A DNA stretch of 62,155 bases, counting the filler, from Bipalium vagum (lineage: Eukaryota), in assembly GCA_037834085.1 (NCBI GenBank). It is 3 parts of 3 records of this genome, joined end to end, with 100 filler letters (N's around TTAATTAATTAA, not from the genome) between each part and the next. Parts side by side here need not be neighbours in the genome. Positions count along the whole stretch, not along the records: positions 41,441 to 62,155 come from JBBMKC010247857.1; 2 more parts are not named here. The stretch is one strand, 5' to 3'. The notes beneath the pieces are model-generated. The model saw only the letters and a program-made list of their open reading frames with translations, was not told the DNA's origin and did not search any database. Positions 57,801 to 62,155 of the stretch are shown here, one piece after another. The first letter of the stretch is position 1. Each line of letters opens with the position of its first letter. Made by a program: the position numbers and the translations under genes.

Positions 57801-58057
57801 TGCTGGCCAAGATTGTGTAGGAGCTGAAGATCCAGGAGTAGACCAACTAGGAGTTGTTACAGCTTCTGATACACTAGCGGTATTCTAAGTTACAGCTTCA
57901 TTAAACATGGGTAACACCATAGCTTACAAATAACTAAATTTATTAATATTTGATGATTTAATTATTTAATCTTAAAGTAAAAGGCAAAAACAAGATATAA
58001 GTTAATCAATAAACAAGTAATAAAAAATATTATTTAAAAACTAAATAACCATACCAT
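54810..58057 (-). CDS. nkrf: NKRF (NF-kB-repressing factor)-like RNA-binding protein, ~1025 aa: Y/P/A-rich and Q/N/RGG low-complexity N-half, two dsRBD-like domains, R3H-like C-terminus, no G-patch
   Basis: The main exon 54810-57884 is open throughout, 205 codons upstream of the ORF-track Met, and starts at a TTAG acceptor. An ATG|GTATGG first coding exon lies at 58055-58057. NKRF-like segments: ASLVATARFNNTLIEY...CVITING..AKRQAADKVVARLKQIRPQI and IKDYLDS...LKFDSDFTAEDKNVIATVATNLKLNYK...LYV.K......L...G..AQYQLV. Confidence 0.8.
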
Positions 58058-58733
58058 TTTATAATTATTGCAGGAAATGTCGTAAAACCAAAACTGAAAA
58101 TTAGGTATTTAAAACAAAATCATAAACAACGCCATTTAATTAAATACATGTTAATATTTATTTAATTTTTTAAATTTTTAGTATTCATTAAGATTGCTAA
58201 CTTTTAATATTAATTTTTTTATTTGATATTTTGCAAAAATATTTTGAATTTTTAAAATCATGTTTTTAATTGTCAATAATTGATATGAAAAATCTAATGA
58301 TACTAAATACTAAAAATATGGTTATATTAAATTAGTCACATTTTTAAATCTTATATAAAACTTTAGCAGCAATCTAGAAAAAAAATGGAAAACATAATAT
58401 ATGAAAAGATTTTTTTCACAACTAAATAATAAATTGAGTTACAATTATTGCAAAGAAAAAAAATATAGTTGAAGAATTTTTTATTTATTCCTAATAATAA
58501 GGTGGATTAGAATATAAACATGTTCATAATTGAACTTCTAACTATAATCAAAATTTTCTTCATCTCAAATAAGTCTTTGCATAATAACAGATTAATGAAA
58601 TAAACTTAATTTATTCCATCACATTTCTACAAGACTTCAATTAATAAAATGGCAATATAACTTGTCAATTGTCTGTGAGCCAATGCCTCCAAGCTGACTG
58701 CGAGGCCAAGTTTGTGTAATTCTCCTTTAGAAT

Positions 58734-59200
58734 TGTTACCCTATTATTTTACTATGAACACTGTCGTAACATTTAGCTTTTGAAGTTTACTGACCCATTC
58801 ACTTTTGTCAAAATGTGTATGCCAATGAATAAATCAAAACAACTACGAACAACACTTTATTAACAAAGTAACAAACAAAATGTCTCAAATGATCAAATTG
58901 AGTCGTCAATAAAAATGTAAGCAGTCACACAATCAAATAACTCTATAAAATCAAAATAAAAAAAATAATAATTAATGAATAATCAAATACTGTTAAATCA
59001 CAATGTTAATCAAATATCTTAATTAAAGATTAATTTAAAACAAAAATTTAAAAACAAAGAATAATAATCCGCTAACCAATCTGTAGACGATAGGTCCAAA
59101 GGGGGGTTTGCTGAGCTCAATCCAGTTCCCTCAGAAATCTCATAACAGCACAGGACCCATCTTAAGCTCCTGTCACATAGAGAGCACAAAGATTGATATT
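58734..59200 (-). mobile_element. Truncated LTR-like repeat, copy 1
   Basis: Colinear similarity to 60665-61110, starting TGTTAC.CTATTATTT(T)ACTATGAACACTGT. Confidence 0.65.
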
Positions 59201-59639
59201 AAAACAATGCTTTAATATCAAAAAGTCTTTAACCAATCTAACAAAAAAATTTCATAAAATTAATAATAACATAATTTCAATTAATTAGTGTGTAAATGAT
59301 GTATTAAGTCAATTACCCAAACCTTGTTTTTCATTTTGTTAATTTTCTTTTTTTCTTTTTCTCAGTTTTTAAATCCATTCAATAAATATAAAAAAATAAA
59401 AGAATCTCCACAGCACTAAATATAATAAGTATTTTTATAAAATAAATGATTGAATTCGGTTCTGATTTTTAGACGATAATACAGAAAAAATTAATCTTCA
59501 TACAAATTTTTGCCAAATTTTTAAAATGTTGATAATAGGAACATCTGGTTCTGAAAATACAAATTTATTTTAATATATAAGACTTCAAATTATTATTTAA
59601 TTTAATTATATTTTCTAAAAAGTTTTATGCAACAAGTTT

Positions 59640-60580
59640 TTCAATATATTAAATTTTTTTTTCAATTACAGTTTACTTAAAGAAGATGTTTATGGAATGT
59701 TTAATATGAAAAAGAAAATAAAATTTCAGGAAAAAATTATAAACTTAAAGAAAGAAAATTAAAAGTTACATTATCTGTTACAGCCAATGAAATGCAACCA
59801 TCAGATAAAGTAGATAAATGTTCAAAAAATTAAATTATTTTTGATTAAAAAAAACATATTATGGAAATGTTTAGAAGAGGAAATGGAAAATACTTTATAA
59901 ATTATATTAAAATGTAAATAAAAATTTATATGAAAAAATTTTTACACAGACTTTTATTAAATTTAACAAAAACCATTCTGTATTTATTTTAACTTAATTT
60001 CTTATTTTTCCTGGTTATTTAAAAAATAAGGAAGTTTTATTTACATGAGAAAAAAAAATAGAAGACTTTTGTAAATATATATAAAATATCAATCTTATTT
60101 TGAAAAATTATTAAAATCAAACATTCCAAATAAAATAGCAAAAGAAGAAAAAAACACAATGAGAATAATATTTTTTATTTTTGTGAAAAAGAACTGCAAA
60201 ATATTTCTGATAAAGTTATCGATCATGATCATTATGATGAAAGTTACAGAAGACCTACACATTCAAATTGTAATATTCAAGCAAGTGTTTCAAAGTTTAT
60301 AACAATATTTTTTCACAATGGTTCTGGTTATGACTTCATTTATTATAATAGATTTACCAAATGAAATAAATTTAAATGAATATAACTCAAATCTAAATGA
60401 TGTATTTTATTTAATTGGAAAAAGTAGATGAAAAATATATTTTATTTATTTATATGAAAATACTTAAATTTAAAGATTCATTAAGATTTTTTATGTTCCT
60501 TAGATGGAACAGCAAAAGCATTAGATGAAGATGATAAAAAATATTTAAAAGAATTTGCTGGCGATAATTTTTATTTATTA
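59640..60580 (+). mobile_element. Polinton/Maverick-type protein-primed DNA polymerase B remnant (endonuclease VII-like region and exonuclease)
   Basis: FCEKEL..KVIDHDHYDESYRRPTHSNCNI....FITIFFHNGSGYD and LKFKDSLRFF..SLDGTAKAL, with frameshifts. Confidence 0.8.
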
Positions 60581-60664
60581 TTATTATTTATTAAATTATA
60601 CAGTTCATTATAAAGTTTAAAAAAATAATCTTACATATATGAAGATAACAAAAGTTCATCAAAT

Positions 60665-61575
60665 TGTTACGCTATTATTTACTATGAACACTGTTATAAC
60701 ACTTAGCTCACAAAGTTTACTGATCCCTTCACTTTTATCAATACGTGTACGCAAATAAATGAATTAAAGCAACTACGAACAATACTTTATCACCGAAATA
60801 ACAATAACAAACGCTGTGTATCAAATAAAAATGTCTTCAATCAAATGTTACAATCGTCAATCACGATAAAATCAAATATAGTGAATAATAATCAATTACA
60901 TTAAAATCAAATAATTAAATATCAATATCAATTAAATGTCAGTAAATATCAATTAATTCAAAAAGAAAAACAACAAAATCACGATATTCTCACCGCTTGT
61001 GACGACAGGTCCAAATGGTGGTTTGCTGAGCCTAAACCGGTCCGCTCAAAACCCCCCTAACAGTACAGGATCCGTCGTGAGCTCCTTTCACATAAAGAGC
61101 ATAAATAGAATCCTTGAAAATCTTCGGACAACAGTAACAAATTTTGGCTCTTCTGACAAAATAAAACCAAATTTTCTTGATCTCTCTTCTGACAAAATAA
61201 AGCAAAAAAAAAAGATTCTCGATCTCTCTTCTGTGGCAATCCACTGCGGATTCCAACTCCTTATATACCATTCTGATCAGACGACTAATCAGTTATAGAT
61301 CAACTTGATTAATGGGGAATGTCAATTCTCTTTTAGATGATAAATTACTAAATCGGTCCCTCCTTGAGGACCCTGATCTAATCTTGGCAATTTAGGTTCG
61401 CCATTGTCAAGATTAAATAGTTTTTAGGAAATAATTAATTGTCCTTTTTGTTTTAATGTACTTTTTAATTAATTTATTATTATTTTATTTCTGACCCTTT
61501 TTGGGTCTTAATAATTAATTTATAATAATAATTTAATTTATAATAGTAATTAATCTAGACCCTATAAATGTAATA
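60665..61575 (-). mobile_element. Solo LTR-like element (~910 bp), copy 2
   Basis: Ends TGTTAC...GTAATA (short inverted termini). Minus-strand TATATAA at about 61261-61267, internal short tandem repeats at 61145-61235, several hairpins. Confidence 0.6.
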
Positions 61576-61729
61576 CCATCTTTTATTTTAACTGGTTTGA
61601 CATTATTGGAAGCAACAATTCAAATAATAATATTTGAGTAAAATAATTTAAAAAGGCAACATAAGACTTTAGTCTTGATTTTTCATGTTTTTTTAGGGGT
61701 TTCCAAACTTTTGACCAGTAGTGGGTATA

Positions 61730-62070
61730 CAATATAATCACCAAAACTATCAACACACGTCTGTCATCATGGTAACTTGTTTATTCTAGCAGTGAAGAAG
61801 TCTGGTGATAGAGTAGCGATGAAATCTAGTAAGAAGTTTTTCGCACCGCTTCTGTATTAAATATTTTCCCAGTCACGGATTGATCCAAAGCTCGGTAGAA
61901 ATGATAGTCAGTTGGCACAAGGCCTGATGAATACGGGGAGTCCCAGAATTCGAGCGTTGTCTTGCAAGAACATTTATTTGTCTCGATTGACCAATCTCTG
62001 GTGCTTAATAGAGAGCAACTTTAGCATAATCCTTAATTCTCCTGTAATAGATTTTCCTGATTTTGAAAAG
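61730..62070 (-). mobile_element. mariner transposase C-terminal relic
   Basis: HQRLVNRDK*MFLQDNAR...PYSSGLVPTDYHFYRALD...CVDSFGDYI. Confidence 0.85.
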
Positions 62071-62078
62071 GTGTAGTG

Positions 62079-62155
62079 CAGTGGTTCTCAACCTTTTTCG
62101 GTTCATGGACCATTTTTTCTTCAAAAAACTCCCATGGACCACTCATACTTTTACT
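62079..62155. mobile_element. Left end of a hAT (Buster/Charlie-type) element or MITE
   Basis: CAGTGGTTCTCAACCTTTTT terminus preceded by the 8-mer GTGTAGTG (nnnTAnnn target). Confidence 0.75.

Noticed and set aside
57885-57920. In-frame ATG GTG TTA CCC ATG...TAG just upstream of the NKRF-like main exon, suggesting stop readthrough
   Set aside because: The TAG is the splice acceptor of a GT-AG intron, which is the simpler explanation.

Overview
This is AT-rich eukaryotic (animal) genomic DNA, most likely planarian/flatworm. That assignment is inferred from the FGFR sequence style, 42-54 nt introns mixed with kb-scale transposon-filled introns, and abundant mariner relics. The window is three contigs joined by 100-nt N/TTAATTAATTAA linkers (16126-16225, 41341-41440). 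I reconstructed four spliced host genes by hand, with consistent splice phases. (1) A complete 16-exon Bub1-family kinase gene (minus, ~1331 aa) with a 2.3-kb exon carrying an array of (DKTI)..F...P[IMV]AEST repeats and an eroded Gly-rich loop. (2) The transmembrane and kinase half of an FGFR (minus). (3) The 3' half of a cGMP-dependent protein kinase (plus), which needs a GC-AG intron. (4) An NKRF-like RNA-binding protein (minus, ~1025 aa) lacking the G-patch but carrying a FUBP/PSI-type Tyr motif and a long Q/N/RGG prion-like region. The rest is largely decayed mobile elements: mariner, maT, rosa, Tc1/Tc3, DD37E, IS630-like, pogo, Merlin, hAT, piggyBac-like, Gypsy integrase, Penelope-like RT, Polinton polymerase and two LTR-like repeats. 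The best candidates for new biology are the repeat-expanded Bub1-like protein and the G-patch-less NKRF-like protein. All family assignments come from motif recognition; no database searches were run.
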